Source of the DNA: Pseudogymnoascus verrucosus
Lineage: Eukaryota
DNA: 64,000 bases
Strand: one strand, 5' to 3'
NCBI GenBank assembly: GCA_001662655.1
Contig: KV460213.1
How positions within the stretch are numbered: position 1 is the stretch's first letter; each line of letters starts with the position of its first letter. A model generated the notes under the pieces. The model had not been told where the DNA came from, ran no database searches, and was given only the letters and a program-made list of their open reading frames with translations. Positions 35,402 through 49,372 of the stretch are shown piece after piece. Both the position numbers and the translations under genes were made by a program.

Positions 35402-36584
35402 TCACAGGATAGTTCCGAATCTGCCATACGTTAGTTTCTTCCCAATCTCGCGGGCTCCCATCATAACTTGGAAAACACTCACCCAAATGTCGTCTTAATA
35501 CTCCTCACATAGTACTCATTCCAGTTCCTCCTCGTCACCTCCTCCTGCCCGACCGGCACTCCCTTCCACTCGACCCTCATAACCGTAACCCCATCAACAT
35601 CATTCTGATCAAACACCAACTCGAGTGTCGAATAGTGTCCCGCAGGCCACTGGTCCAGACGCCAGCTCTGCACGATCCTCCTCGGCTCCTCAAGAACCTC
35701 ATACTTCCCACTAACATTCCCCCCAAAGATCTCAAACTTCCCTCCCACCTTCGCGCCCTCGAACAGCCTCGGCTGCGCGCGCGTAAACGCCGCAATGCGA
35801 GCCGGGTCGGTGAAAGTAGCGTATAGCTCTGCGGCCGTAGTGCGGAACTCCTCGCTGGCGGTCACGGTGGTGGTGTTGACGTTGGATGTCTTGTTGGAGG
35901 CCGTGGTTGGGGCGGCGGCCGCGGCTTCGGAGGGCTGGAGGTGAGTCGGGGTGCGCCAGCCGGAGGAGGGGTTGTTGGAGGGGGCGTGCTGGATGTCTTT
36001 TCCGTGCTCGCTGACGAGGGCGGGGCCGAGCTTCGCGAAGATGGTGCGGAGTTGGGGGACGAGGGTGGAGCGGACGAGGTCCTTTACGGGTTGCTTGGAG
36101 GAGGATTCGGAGAAGATGTCGATGTCGAACTGGGAGGGTAGGGGTTAATGGGGGTGTACTATAGGGGATGGGAGGGAGGGAGGGAGAGGACATACGACAT
36201 ACTCGTCCTCCTCGGTGTCATGGGCGACCTCGGGGACGGTGATGTTACCGCTAACGGACTCATCATCTTTGGTTTTCCCTTTGCGAGACAAAAAAAAATC
36301 AGATCAGTTCAAACTGTTTTGCAGCAAAAAAAATCATGATGTGGTAATATAGCTAACTAACCGGAATACTCTAAGACCAGCTTCACATCGAAGATGGTGA
36401 TGACCTTGCCCTTGCGCTGGTTCACGTCGACATCTCCGTCCATGCTCGTCAGTTTATCTATCTTGGCCGTCACGCCGCCCGCCGAGGCCTGCACATCGGC
36501 CAGGTTCTCCTCGAGCCACTGCTTCGTCCAGCCCGCGGCGTTCTTGTTCACCCAGTGCCAGTTGTTGGGGTTGTGGAGCACCAT
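35402..36584 (-). CDS. AHA1: Activator of Hsp90 ATPase
   Basis: MVLHNPNNWHWVNKNA (NxNNWHW motif), DVNQRKGKVITIFD, C-terminal AHSA1 domain ending YYVRSIKTTFG|FGTIL*. Confidence 0.95.
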
Positions 36585-37555
36585 TGCGGCGGTCTGTAAG
36601 TGAGTTGGTTGGTTTTACGGGGAGGGGATTATGGATGTGTTCACTGCAGACTCGAGTTAGCAGATGTTCCCGAAAGAGCAGTGAGCAGAGATTTCGAGCT
36701 GGGAGGTTTGAATGGGTTCAGAAGAAGGCCGAAGCCAAAGCATTGTCATCAATGAAAAGAGTACAAGTTCGCTCTATGACTGGTGCCAGCTGATGTATCG
36801 TCATAACATTCGGGGGGGGAGGGGGGAAGAGACAAAGAGGAAAAACGCAACTGTGACAGCATATTGTCCACAGCGAAAGCGACAAGGAACATACCTATAA
36901 AGTAAGGAGAGGCGCTGACATAAAAATCATATAAAATCGTCAAAGAATCGTGATACAGGAGGAAAAGAGAGAAGGAAGTTTGGTGGAGGAGGTGAAGTTG
37001 TTTTTGAAGGGTTTGTTCAAGCCGCGCCCTTTTGTAAGGAAAGATCTAGAAGAGTTGTGCGATTGGCGGGGCGGAAATTTCCGTCGACCGGGCCGACGGG
37101 TCTCCGTCCAAGCTATCTCGGCAGTCTGTGAAGCGTATATACACCAAATATTCCAGATAAGGATAATCAAAATGATTATTAAACGTCACTCTCACATAAG
37201 AGGTAGAAAGTTGCAGGCATTCATAAATACATACACTAACGATGATTTCAAGTCACTTTCATATAACAAGCAAAAATAGGGTAACTGATCGTGAATAGTA
37301 TATCTACACAGCTAAGTAACACTCTTGAGCAATGATAGGCACAAGCTATTCTATACATGCTATTCTGGTATCTCAACTCCGGCCAAAGGCTCGCTATTTT
37401 CGGAGCTACAAGCTACACAGACAGAGCCATCCCTCCCATACCTGCTAAAAAACCCCCGCTGCCATGCATGTCCCTGCCCAACCTAACGTCCAACAAAAAA
37501 CGCCTGACTTAGGCCTTACAATAAAATGCTCGATTTGTGTCTGTGTGCTGTTTCA

Positions 37556-37628
37556 TGATGATGATTGTGATAGTCGTTATGATGATGATTGTGATGATAG
37601 TCGTTATGATGAATGATGATGATGATAA
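37556..37628. repeat. (GAT)-rich imperfect microsatellite with a duplicated GATGATTGTGAT..AGTCGTTAT unit, in the CDC4 3' region
   Basis: Directly visible in the sequence. Confidence 0.8.
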
Positions 37629-37632
37629 GTTT

Positions 37633-40600
37633 CTACGCCACGACCTCATCGTCTTCCGTGATCCTGTCGTATTCCGATGGCTGTAGCAAGATCCTGCTGT
37701 TGCGATCTTCGGCTGGTACCCCGTCTCGCGACGCACCGAAGTCAAGTATCTATAAGATAGTTAGTTAATGCTGATAAGACCCAAATGCTACGAAGGCACG
37801 TACCTCTATAAATGTGAACCCTTCTCTCTGTACAGCTGCAACACATCTTCTCTCGTCGAACTTCACCTGCCAGACTCCGCTGAGATCCGTCAGGAGGTCT
37901 TGAATGCACTCTCCAGTCTTGACATTCCACATCTTCAGGGTGCGGTCCGAGCCGGACACAACCTTGTTACCGTCGTGTTGGAAACATGTGATGGCACCGG
38001 TATGAGCGGTAAGCGTGTTCTTGCACTGCCCGTTCTCTGGGTCCCAGATCCTCAGCGTTGAATCCGCTGCTGCCGATACTAGGCGCTCGTCTTTCAGGTC
38101 AAGTAGACCCACCAAGGAAGAGTGGCCATCCAGGGTGAAGAGGCACATCCCAGTGTCCAGTGACCAGATCTTCACCGTGTTATCCATAGAGCCGCTGATG
38201 CAACGCTTACGTTTATGATCGAGTACAACACTATACACTTTCTGGATATGGCCACGAAGCTGGTGTACGCTCTCTCCAGTAGAGATCTTCCATACCCTAA
38301 CTGACGAATCGTAGCTGCCACTCACGAGAGTGTCTTCGTGAGCAGCAATGGCACGCACAGAACTGGTGTGGCCCTGCAGAGTACGGACGTAGTACGGACA
38401 ATCGGAATCATTAGCGGGAGGGCCAGCCGCGAGATATTTCTTAGAACCCTGTTCCGGCAATCTCCACACTCGCAACTGTGCATCGCGGGAACCTGTAATA
38501 ATCAGAGGCTTCTCGGGAACCATGACTGGCCTATCATTATAGACCCTTCCAGTGTCGAGAGGCATCAAGATTTGGAGACATCGAACGGTTGATGTATGCC
38601 CGTGGAAAATCTGAGTGCACAGCCCCTTTTCAATATCCCAAACACGGACTGACCTATCAGTTGATCCCGAGACCAGAACATTGCCTTCGTATTGCAATGC
38701 CCATACGCCGCCATCGTGGCCCGTCAGTCTCTTCCGAAGGGCACCCGTTTTTGTGTCGTATATGTGAATAAACGTGTCGTCGCTGCCAGTAATGATTTTG
38801 TCATCATCAAACTGGAGACAGGTGATGACGTGTCGGGGGTGTGCCGGGAAAGCCACATGTCGAGGTGCCACTTTGCCGCCACTCATCCAACTGCGTTGTA
38901 ACATGAAGTGGCGTCTATACAGGGACTTGTAAAGGTGAAGTTTGCGCAAGCTAGGAAGTCCAATCTCAGGGGCTGGTACTGCAAGAGCCGCCGCAGTTGC
39001 GGCAGCATTAGGACCTTCAGATTTGCGAGCCGAGCTGTGGTATTTTGAAGCCAGGCTTGTGTGTCGTGGCTTCTCTTTGAACTCTACAGAAACGGCTCGT
39101 CTCTTTGACCTCTCTGGTCCATAGTTGATATGAGCTCTCTTCCTCTTCCCTCCTTGGCGTAGGGATCCGGAGTGGGCAGCATGAGATCTGGTAGCAGTTG
39201 GAATGCTATCCATGTCGGATGACCCGGGACGCTGGCTGAGGTCTTTCTCGCAGCCATCTGGACCATACGGATCTTGCCAGCCCCAGCCTTCCCTGATCGC
39301 TCGCTCCACTTCGCCCTCAGGGATAACAAATCGATCTCTTTCGATAAGTTCTTTCCATCCAGCCTCGTTCGTGTCGTTGATGTCTCTCCAACGCTTGGAA
39401 ACTTGAGCAGCACGACAGCGATCTTTGTGATCAAGGAAGCTCAGAATTTGTAGGCTCAACTCCGTCGGAAGTTCTTCGAGAAAGTCGCACTTCAATGCTG
39501 GGTTGACAACGCCTGCAATGACATGGAGAGTCTTTCTATTGCAGCGCCGAAGAAACTGGTACATCATGAACGTCTTCATTTCCGAGGGCATCGAGTCGAA
39601 ATTTTCTAGCATTGACGTCACGTCCATGGCATTTCGTTGAGGTGCGCCTACCAGTGCATATTGTTCGTTGGCATGGCCCGGTGACTCAAATGTTGACTTA
39701 GAATCTGCTGTAGCCGACAAGAGTGTATTGCCGGAAGCCTGTGATTCGGGGTCATCTCGTACTACCAGTTGGGCATTATGAAGATTCGCCGCAGCTAAAG
39801 TTGGTGATAGGCTTGGACTTGGCAAGCTGGCCCCATGGGTGGCCCCTCCTGCACTTACGGATGACCGGAGTACGGAGGGCCCTGCATCATCATCGTTTAA
39901 TGGAGCAAAAGGCTCGAGATCTGATTCTGCGATAGGTGGTGTGGCAGTGGCGCTGGGGAAAGAGCCTTGACTAGCAGTAAGGGATGGGCTAGTGGCCTCC
40001 TCGAAAGAGCTATTCAGTGTCGACTCGGTAACGGACGAGGTCAGCTGGGTCTGGAGCGGGCTTGTTTCGCGGTGACCGGTATCAGGAGTCGACAACATGG
40101 CAGGGTTGAATGAGGCGCGTCTGCTTGAGGAGATCATCCGGTGTGGAAAGCTAGAGCAGTGAGCGTCCAAGGGCGGGTGCTCCAGGCTTGATTGGCGTCG
40201 TGGGGCCCCTGAAAGCCTGAGGAGTGAATCGGGAGACCTTGGGTTTGTTGGTAGCCTTCTCGATAAATATGATTGTGAGTTTTCGTCTGCATTCTGGAAG
40301 CGCCTTGACGATCTAGTAGTATCGGGAGTTTCGTAAGCTCTCAAGCCTGCCAGTCGTGAGTGTAGTGTGGGAGGTGGCCGAGGTCTGGATGAGGATGGAG
40401 ATGCCTGGAGGAGTAGAAGTCAGTGGTTCGTTATCAGATAGGTGGTAAGGGGTAGCATACGGAGGATGACGGCTTGCGGTCCTCACGGAAGTGCACAACC
40501 TCGCCGTTAACCTCGTAGGAGAAGCTTGAGATGGCTTCTGGCGTCGACTTCCTTGCTAGCGGGTATTGCTTCAAGTCGAGACTCTCCAACGGCAGAGGCG

Positions 40601-40904
40601 GTCGGACGAACAGAGGCGGATATGATCTCTTCGTGGTTGTGGTGGTGGTGACCGTCTTCGTCTCGACACATTCGGCAAGATCGATTTGAAATGTCGACGA
40701 ATCCCGACTCTCCTGGTTGGCCGGTCCGTCCCAAGCCATCTCGTCTTGAGGGCTGGGGGTTACACATCCATCGAGCTGAGAATCTTGTAGGCTACCGGTT
40801 GCCTTCGGCGAGAGGTCAGTGGTGATGTGGTTTGGTGGGAGTAATTTGGCTCTTTGAGCCGCTGTGGCCTGGCGTGTCGCTGGCGGCCATCGGGGCGGCT
40901 CCAT
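37633..40904 (-). CDS. CDC4: F-box/WD40 SCF substrate receptor Cdc4
   Basis: Dimerisation region (MMYQFLRRC), F-box DFLEELPTELSLQILSFL, WD40 repeats (VITCLQFDDDKIITGSDD, GHDGGVWALQY, GHTSTVRCL). One intron near 40.4 kb and one at about 37750-37803. Confidence 0.93.
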
Positions 40905-43051
40905 ATTCAGCTGCCAGGTATTCTAAAGATAGAGACGCATAAACCCGATAGACGGACGAGAAATATATAAAAGGCCGAAGTTGTGTTCTCGAAACGCGTT
41001 CAGGACTGTAGGACACGAGACCTCGTACGCGTTGTGGCGGCTCCTGCGATAAGGATAAGTTCCGAGGCGGCTAGAACGGCCGAACCGGGTGTACAGGGAG
41101 GATCGTCGAACACTCCAGTATATAAAGTACCGGTATTTGAAGAAGCAGCTAGAAGATGGCAGTTGTCGAAAAATATCGTGTTGGGTACTGTATGGTAGTA
41201 TCGGCAAGGGAGGGGCGGGTTGACGGAGGAGGCGAAGTTGGATTACGGAGAGGAAAACGGCAACGATGAGTGGCGGCGGGGGGCGTGTGGAAAGAGGAAC
41301 GGCGGCAATCCTTGTCTGACCTTATCCCAAGAGCCAGATGGAGAAGACGAAGCCGGGGTTGTTATATTGACGCGGGCGTAAAGTGGCTCGGAGTCGAGGT
41401 TGAAGTTGAGATCAGGTCAAAGTCGAAGTTTGACGAGGAAGCCGTGGATGTGGAGTGGAAGTGGAGTTGGTGGTGACTGGAAACTGGGCCGAGTCGAGTG
41501 GTCGATCGTTATCGTTCCTTCTCCGCCTGGAGATGGGAATGGAGGAAAAGAAGCTGGCGGGTAGACAGGGTATTTGGGGGAAGGAAGGGGGAGGGGGGTG
41601 GTGGTTATGGTGGTTATTATTGTGGTTATGAAAGTGATTTGACAGGATGGCAGGCGCTTCGGGGATTTAGTCGAGCGAGCAGGCGGCGGGCGGGAGATGC
41701 CTCAACTCTGCCTCGTCTTGTCTTTCAACTGGCGACTTTCCCAACTTTGATGTGGTAAGGTTGGTCCGTCCGGTTAGTCAGGGTACTTTGTAAATCGCGG
41801 AGTGCGGAGTACAAGGGCGAAGTACCATGCCATATATTTGCAGGAGCCAGTAGTAATGTGCATTAAAATAGAGAGCGTGATGTGATGGGCTAACTAGATA
41901 TGGTTAAGCGTGGGGTGATATATGGTGGGGGCCAGGATGGCACAGGGTACGATCAGTCACGCCCTGTGCCAGCCTTGACGTCAACGTCAACGTCGAACGT
42001 CAAATGTCAAACAGAAATTATATTCCTATTTCGCTTTATCTTTATTCTTGGATCTATGTTGTTATAATATAGCAATATAAATTGCTATATTCTATAGCGT
42101 TTTACGCGTATATATCTCATGATTTGTATATTCTCTACTCTCTTGTTATCTGCTCTCTCCCCTCTGTCTACACGCTCCACTCCAATCTCTCTCCTCTTTC
42201 TCTGGTCTCCTTCCTCTGTATGCTCCTTCTCTGCTCTCTCTTGCGTCTTTACCTCCGTCGACTTTCTGCAGTCTCTCTTCCCTCTCTGGCACCTTCACGG
42301 TCTCTCCTTCCTCTTTAGCATCTCCACCGTCTACCCACTCTCGCTGGTCTCTGGTGCCTCTACCCCCTGACTTTCTCGGGCATCGCTGCCATCTCACTTT
42401 TCTCTCTCTGGAGCCTCTACTTTCTACTGTCTTTATTCTTTCTACCCTCTGTCTCTCCGCTCTCTCTCCCACTCTCTGGCCCCTCTTTCTCTAGTCCCCC
42501 CCTCTCTGCTCTCTCACTCTCTGCTCTCTACAAGCTCGTGGACAACTGCTCATGCGCGTCTGTCTGAGCTTAGATTGAGTTCTGAACATTCATTTCTTCT
42601 TCCAACGCGTCAGGATATCCAAATCTACTACTGTATATCCACAAGTATTCACGTGTACGATAATCATTCTATTCTTCCAGAAAAGCCTCCCTCTCCCTTC
42701 TCAGAGACATAAGATACCGCAGAAAACACTACTCTACCAACTGCACCTTCTGACCGAGATCTTATCATCCACCTACTGCAGAATACCGAGAACCGTTCAT
42801 CCTCCTTTCGTTCTTTCCGTATTTAGCGTAAACAACGTCGCTATAGGGTGATTGTGTTGCCTGCTTTGTCTGGCATACACTCTCTGGTACACAGCGCGTC
42901 TGCACGTGCCCCTTCCTTTTTCGGTTCTCGTTCCCTCTTCCATCTTTACATCTCTTCCCCCTTTCCATATCTTTCTCCTTTCCACCTATTCACACTGTGT
43001 TCACCTCTTTCCATCTCCTGTCCCCTTTATATTCTCTTTTTCTCTTCTAGT

Positions 43052-43156
43052 CTCTCACCTACCTCTTACGTTCTCTTCCAACCTCTCACCTCACCTCTTA
43101 AGTTCTCTTCCAACCTCTCACCCCACCTCTTAAGTTCTCTTCCAACCTCCCACCTC
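43052..43156. repeat. 32-bp minisatellite (CTCTCACCTCACCTCTTAAGTTCTCTTCCAAC), about 3.3 copies
   Basis: Three near-identical units about 135 bp upstream of the HORMA gene ATG. Confidence 0.9.
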
Positions 43157-43290
43157 AAGTTTCACACTCACGCACACACGTCTGCTCTCGTGAATCGTGC
43201 ACATCTCTACCTCTACCTATCCCTCTCACTCAATTGACACTTCAACATTCACACTTCATTATTGTCCTGCCCAGAATCTCGATCTTCGCC

Positions 43291-45741
43291 ATGAAGAAGA
43301 GACTACGGTCGGCACGTCAAGCCAAAAGCAATGCAGCCGCAGCAGCCATGGTGCTACTTACAAATCCTACCAAGACAGTGGTGAGGATCAACCAGGCGCA
43401 GTCTCTCAAAATTGTACAAACCACAGTGTCGGCAGCGCTTTACACCATACTATGGATCAATGACCTCTTCCCCGATGACCATTTCGAGACGCGCAGCTAC
43501 AGCCTTGACGACCCTGATTTCAGCTACGAAATAAAACCAGTGCCCCAGACTGCTTGGGAAAAGAGGACGGAAAAGAGGAGGCCGGCGGATGGGAAGGCAA
43601 ATGTCTCTTGGGATTTTCTTCTCAAAGGAAAGTCTGAAAAGGCTGATAAAATTTGGTCATGGCTGGTCAGAATCCACTCTCCCTTCTCATCGTCAACGCT
43701 ACTGACGAGGCATAGGAAGGAGTCTGTGACGCCATCAAGCGTGGATATTTGGCGATTTTTCAAATCAGCTTTCACAACGGCGATATATCCCGCGACACTA
43801 TAGCTGTAGGTTACGTGATGAGATTCAACTACTCCGAGAACGGAGGTGAAGTTCACCTCAACATTTCAGCGGGGGACGATAAAGTCGAATTCACAACAGA
43901 GGCCATGCAGGATCTCAAGAATTTGTTCCATAGGCTTATAAAATTGTCTCAGGAAGCAGCTAGATTCCCAGGTATGCCCTGACAGCTAGACGCGTCATTG
44001 ACAGCGTTTGATTCTTTTATAGCGGATCCAATGATAAGCTTGCAGTTGGTGTACAACGAAACCTGTCCCGCGGAATACCAACCGAAAGGTTTTGTTGTCG
44101 CTCCGGATCCGAGCATTGTCATGGGCCAGCCCGATGGCTTCGGAATCGGTCACGTAGATACGACATATCATGGGTATGCTCCTTGTGGTATTTTGGCCTC
44201 ATTTGCTAACTATTTAGTGTTGGAATGAGCCTCGTGATTCCCCGACAAAGTGCCGCCCACGGCTCAAATAGACCTTCCCGGTCTGCGACACGGTCCAACT
44301 CCCAATTGATCTTGAATAACAGCAACCTCGTGTCTACTCCAGCTACTGCTTCCCCTTATGATGGCTCCACCGTCCTGAATACACAAGAGCGCGCAGAAAT
44401 ACAAGCAGTGCGAGAAATGGTAACGTACACTTAGTTTGCCTTTGTGCGGATGCTTGCTGACGATATTGCAGGTCCCCCTGGGCCGCGAAGTTGGGGACAC
44501 CCAACGTGTTGAGGACACGCAGTCACAAAGATCTCCTTCGGACATATCTTCACCCTCACTGGCACATGGTCCGGCCGAACAACGTCCGGCCGAACAAGGC
44601 ATCGCACCTCCAGAGGGAAGGAAATACTATTTCAATCGTGAGGTTATTAGAGATCTCCACCCATCCCACAGGTGGCGGAATGGACAGGTTCGCATTTCGC
44701 TCGGTAGTGCCCAAGACACAGACTGCCTTTGCACAAAGAAGTTTGACGGCATGACTGTAAGATTCAATGTCATATATTCATTGTCAATACTGATTATTAC
44801 AGGTACAATGTGAAATCTGTCAAAAGAGACAACACTTGCATTGCCACGGATATCTTGAAACAGACGTCATGGATACCCATGTGTGCTACAAATGTCTTTT
44901 GCATGCTCAGCCAGATCTGACGACGGAAATGCAGGGGCTCTGCTTGTTGAGACAAGTAGCCTGGGTTGCATCTATGGAGCAGTATCCGCTCAAAGAAGCC
45001 GACCTGGCGGCCAGGATAGGTAAGCTGCAATAAGTGGGCAAGTATTATGGTAGCATGCTTATCGTTATTCAGGTTACCTGGTGAAAGATGTTATCGCTGT
45101 GAGCCAGAGGCTAGTCCAGGAGAAGTACTTGCGAAAAGTCAGCAAGCCACGGAATAAGAGCCATAAGAACTATCACATGCGGTCTCAGATACCACCTTAT
45201 ACGTTCATAATGGAGGAGAAGGGACGTTTGTTCAAGGAATATTTCAACCCCACTCTTGGGATAGAAAAATACGTAAGTACTTATATATAAATCCTTTGAC
45301 CACACATCAAACTAACGAGCCAAACCACTCCAGCTCCACGAACATCTGCAGGCCTCAGCCTCGAACGCCAAGCCCAAGTCCGAGCAACCATCGGCCCCCG
45401 ACTTTCGCATGAGCTCAATGGCACCTGAATCTGTGACGCTCGTACCAACCTCACGCCCACCAGCGACGCCGCAACCAACCCGTGCGAAGCTCATCGGTAC
45501 CGGTCCCCTATACGGCATCTTCGACGCTGATGACGACGCCACGACACCCCATCCCGGCCATGCGGCTCCCGCGCCTAGCATGAACGGTAGCACCCAGGGC
45601 TCGCCGAGCCAGATGGGCGGTCCTGGGCCACGGCCTCATTTGGGGTTGAAGAGGAAAGGGGACGTTTTGGAGAGGGGTGCAAGGAACCTGAAGAGGACGG
45701 ATTTCGTGGGCAGTCCGTTTCTGCTGAATAGGATAGTGTGA
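43291..45741 (+). CDS. HOP1: Meiotic HORMA-domain protein with PHD finger (Hop1-like)
   Basis: HORMA-like QSLKIVQTTVSAALYTILWINDLFPDDHF, WL|EGVCDAIKRGYL, LVYNETCPAEYQPKGF. PHD CLC...QCEICQKRQHLHCHGY...HVCYKC, followed by a winged-helix-like region (LCLLRQ...RLVQEKYL...EYFNP). About 7 introns. Confidence 0.8.
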
Positions 45742-46694
45742 TTGTGTGCATCGTGGGTGTGGTGGCGTTGAATTCGCCGAAGGCTTGTGGAGGCGGCTGA
45801 GTCTCGCTTTATGTTCTCGTGCTTCGTGAGGTTGCTGGGCTGAGGAGGCTCTTTGTGGAGTGCTTTGTTGTGTTTTGCTCGATTTTGGGAGGGGATTTGT
45901 ACAAGCTGGAGAGGAGTTTAAATTGTTGGGATTTAAATTTGCTGGAAGATGGGCTGCAACAAGACAGGGCTCCGAGATCACCAAATATGTATCTTAGCCT
46001 TTTGCTGATATATAATATAAATCGGCTTGAAAATAACAACGATTGTTTTATCCTTTTCTACTAACCCAAAATATAGACTCCTCTCTCCATCTTTGAAGTA
46101 TTCTCTGTATTGGCCCCGGTTGGTACTGGTGGTGGTGGTGGTGCTGGATGCACGCAAATAATACAAATAGTAGGGCATATAGCACAGAGAACCATACAGC
46201 ACCACAACAAATTGCATTCGAGAGTCAGTGGGACGATCTCGGATTGGACATTATAGGGCTAGTTTTAACAATCAAGCCCCCCAGACAGTGAGTGTGTGTT
46301 GGGGGAAGGTAAGTGCGTGGTGAGAAATAGAGTGTTGATGGGGGCGATGCGGTGACAAAATGCGCCTCTGTTGCTGGGCATGAGCGAGTGCTGTGACGAT
46401 AGGATGGGGAGTACTGGTTATTCGGTCATGGGTCTCGCTCTGCCGTGGCGGTTCAATGCATGAGTGTGGCGGTTGAACACTCCTTCGATAATACTTTTCA
46501 CGGTTTGGACTGCTAGAGGTGTTTATAGTAGGACCGGGACACATGATGTACTGCACGCACTGTTTACTATGACCATGTGTTAAGGTGAATCGTTATTTTC
46601 ATCACTTCTCGGTATCTATCCTATCCTGACAATACCGTGCAGATAATCCCGCAATATACAATCCCAACAACGCCATCCAAGTCGTATACCAGCG

Positions 46695-47701
46695 TTAGAA
46701 ACCAAGAGCAGCGTACTTTCCTGCCCCATCGGGACGGGAGCTAACAAGTCGCTGTATAGCCCTCGCTCGCCTAGCTTTCTCCCGTTCCTCTCTCGCCTTC
46801 TTCTCTTTCTCACTGCGCGCCTTAATTACCTCGGCGTCTTCCTCCGCCTTAGCTTCCGCCCTAGCTTCCGCATTCTCCTTCTCCACCCTACTCTTCCTCT
46901 CCTTCCCGCCCTCATCACCATCCTTCTCCCTCTTCGCCCTCCTCTCCCTCCTCCTCTTCCTCCTCTCCTCCTCCTCAACCCTCCACCTCTCCCCTTCGGC
47001 CTCCTCCCTACACCTTCTCTCCTCCTCAGCCGTAACCACCCACGGCACCCTCAACACCTCCTCTCTAAACCTGACTCCCTCCCTCCACGCCCCCACCTCC
47101 GCCCTCGTATCCCCTAGTATAGAAATCGCCTTCATAGCCAGCTGTCTCACGCCACGGAACTCCCTGATCCCCCCTTTGACCTTGACTACCTTCCCGATAT
47201 CGACGCCACGCAATTTCGGGCCATCAGGTGAGACCATTGCGTCATCTGCAGGGCGCTCGGTGGAGACCACAATGGCTGCTACTGTCGCAGTGGCTTCGGG
47301 GCGTGGGGGGGCGAGGCATGTAGCTTCGATTGTGGCGCCGCTGCCATCGTCGATGGTGATGCAAACGCGGCTATAGAATTCGTCCATCGCGACGATAATC
47401 CCAGTGAGACGCACCCATTTTATGGGGTGGTTGAGGTGAAAGTAAATCCCCTGCCCTACTTTATGTCAGTCTCCCATACACAAACTCGCCCAAGCCGCTC
47501 TTCTCCGCAATCTAGTGTCCCCCCGACACGAATAGCGAAGTCTAGTTTTGCTACGGCTGGAATCATACGGGGAGACGAACCTTCATACTCCGCCACCTCG
47601 CGCAGCGCAAACACGTCCACGGCGCGCAGTGGGCACCAGCGGCCCAGCGTCGGGCTCAGCCCATGACAGTGGCTCGGGTACAGCGCGGGCGGGGTCGTCA
47701 T
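46695..47701 (-). CDS. STN1: OB-fold telomere-capping CST subunit Stn1-like
   Basis: LYPSHCHGLSPT..W, intron, then GIYFHLNHPIKWVRLTGIIVA...TIDDGSGATIE...VKVKG..FRGVRQL, followed by a charged coiled-coil tail. Confidence 0.8.
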
Positions 47702-48220
47702 CGGTTGCGTCAGAGCTCATCGTCGGTGAGCATGTCGCGGTTTTGCGGGCTGGGTGTTCATGGTCTGGTTTGTGCCCTGACGGATTGCGGCGCGTTGATG
47801 GTGAGTTGTGCGTGTCTGGGTGATTGATGGTGGACGTGGGGGTGGTGTGCGAGGCGCGTAAGCGACGCGATATCACGTGCATCCGCGGTTCGATCGGGCT
47901 GGGATGAGGATAGGGGTGCGTTCTTATGAGGGGTGGATTATTGAAAGCGAGAAGTAGTTTGGAAGTTTGTTATAAAAATAGTGATGTTTTGCGCACTTGG
48001 TTTCGATGCTGTTGTAATACCAATGCCTACATTTTGTCATGTTTTTAGTTATGGTGTAAGTTTTATCTTTTACGTAGTTATATAACATTTATGCCAACAG
48101 ATACATATCTATATTTCACAATACTAATCCCCAGTTGATACAGCTCGCACAGCAGCCCTGTCGTACACCCAAGCCTTTATACATATCTTACATCAACCAC
48201 CAACTCCACAGATACTACCC

Positions 48221-49372
48221 CTACAGCCTCCTTCCCTTCTGCTTCGAATAAGTCAAGTTCACTCTCGCCGACGTTGCCGCCTTGTGCACCATCGCCCGCT
48301 TATCCCACACGCCGCTCTTCCCCTCGACCACACTGATAATCTCATCCGCGAAGCGCTGCGCAAACATCGTGGGCCCGCTACCACGGCTCTTCTTCTTGAG
48401 TACCGTGTCCAGGATCCACATGATGGCTGTGCGCCGGCGCTGGCGTAGAGTCAGGGGAACAGGGATCGGCAGCGACATACCACCTCCGGCAGCACCCTTC
48501 TGTTGGCGGATGCGCATGAGAGGTGCGATGGAATCGATGGCGACGGCGAGGTAGTTGATTGGGTTTAGGGGCAGTTCGATTGGGGGTGGGGAGCCAGGGA
48601 CGAGGGGGCGAGCTTGAGACGGCACTGGGGGAGGTGCAGTGCGGAGCTGGTTGAGGATGTAGGACATGTGCTGGAAAACAGACAGGCGTTAGCTGCGTCA
48701 TTCTGCCAAAATCTGGGATGATGGGAGTGGGAAACTCACCCTTTGAGCACGGCTCAGCTTGCCATGCTGCATGAGGAGGTTTGTGATCTGAGAAACGATC
48801 GGATCATAGCGCTCCTTGCGATTCGAAAATGGCTTCAACGGCATATCCGGCAGGGGGAACTTATGGCCCACCATCTCTGGCGTCATATCACTCGCGTGCC
48901 CTCCATTGGCAATCGCATCCATCTGTCCCAGAGCCAGCAGGTTGTCAAAAGTCGTGGCTCCCTCTTCACCCGGGGCCTCTGCGCTCGTCTTCGCATCCGT
49001 AGGCTTCTCCTTCATCACTTCCGGCGCCTTCTCCGCGAGCTCGGGGTCCCGTTTTAAGATCTACTCCAGTCAGTTGGCCGCTCGAATCACGCGGGTCGGA
49101 TGAGCTCATACCTCTTGCACTGGTATCCCTTGATCCAGCTCTGGTGTAGCCTTGCCGGTGGCCTCGCCGACCTGTGCGGCCTCCTCGCTCGCATTAGGCA
49201 GGGCATCTGACGATGTCGGGTTCGAGCTTGGTTTGGGGGATTTCGAGTCTGCGAAGGCGCGAACGGGGTATGTGCGGAGGGTAATGGGTGTGTGGCGGGC
49301 AATTGATGGCTGGGGAGCCGGCCGAATGGCCAGGCACCTTGAGGCGGTCCGTAGAGATATGCGTGGTGGCAT
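48221..49372 (-). CDS. RSM7: Mitochondrial small-subunit ribosomal protein uS7m
   Basis: Arg/Ser-rich presequence, ITNLLMQHGKLSRAQ, AIDSIAPLMRIR..GG..PVPLTLRQRRRTAIMWI, MVHKAATSARVN. Two introns. Confidence 0.92.

Noticed and set aside
42140..42530. CT-rich tract giving Leu/Ser-rich and Arg/Glu-rich ORFs
   Set aside because: Low-complexity polypyrimidine promoter sequence.
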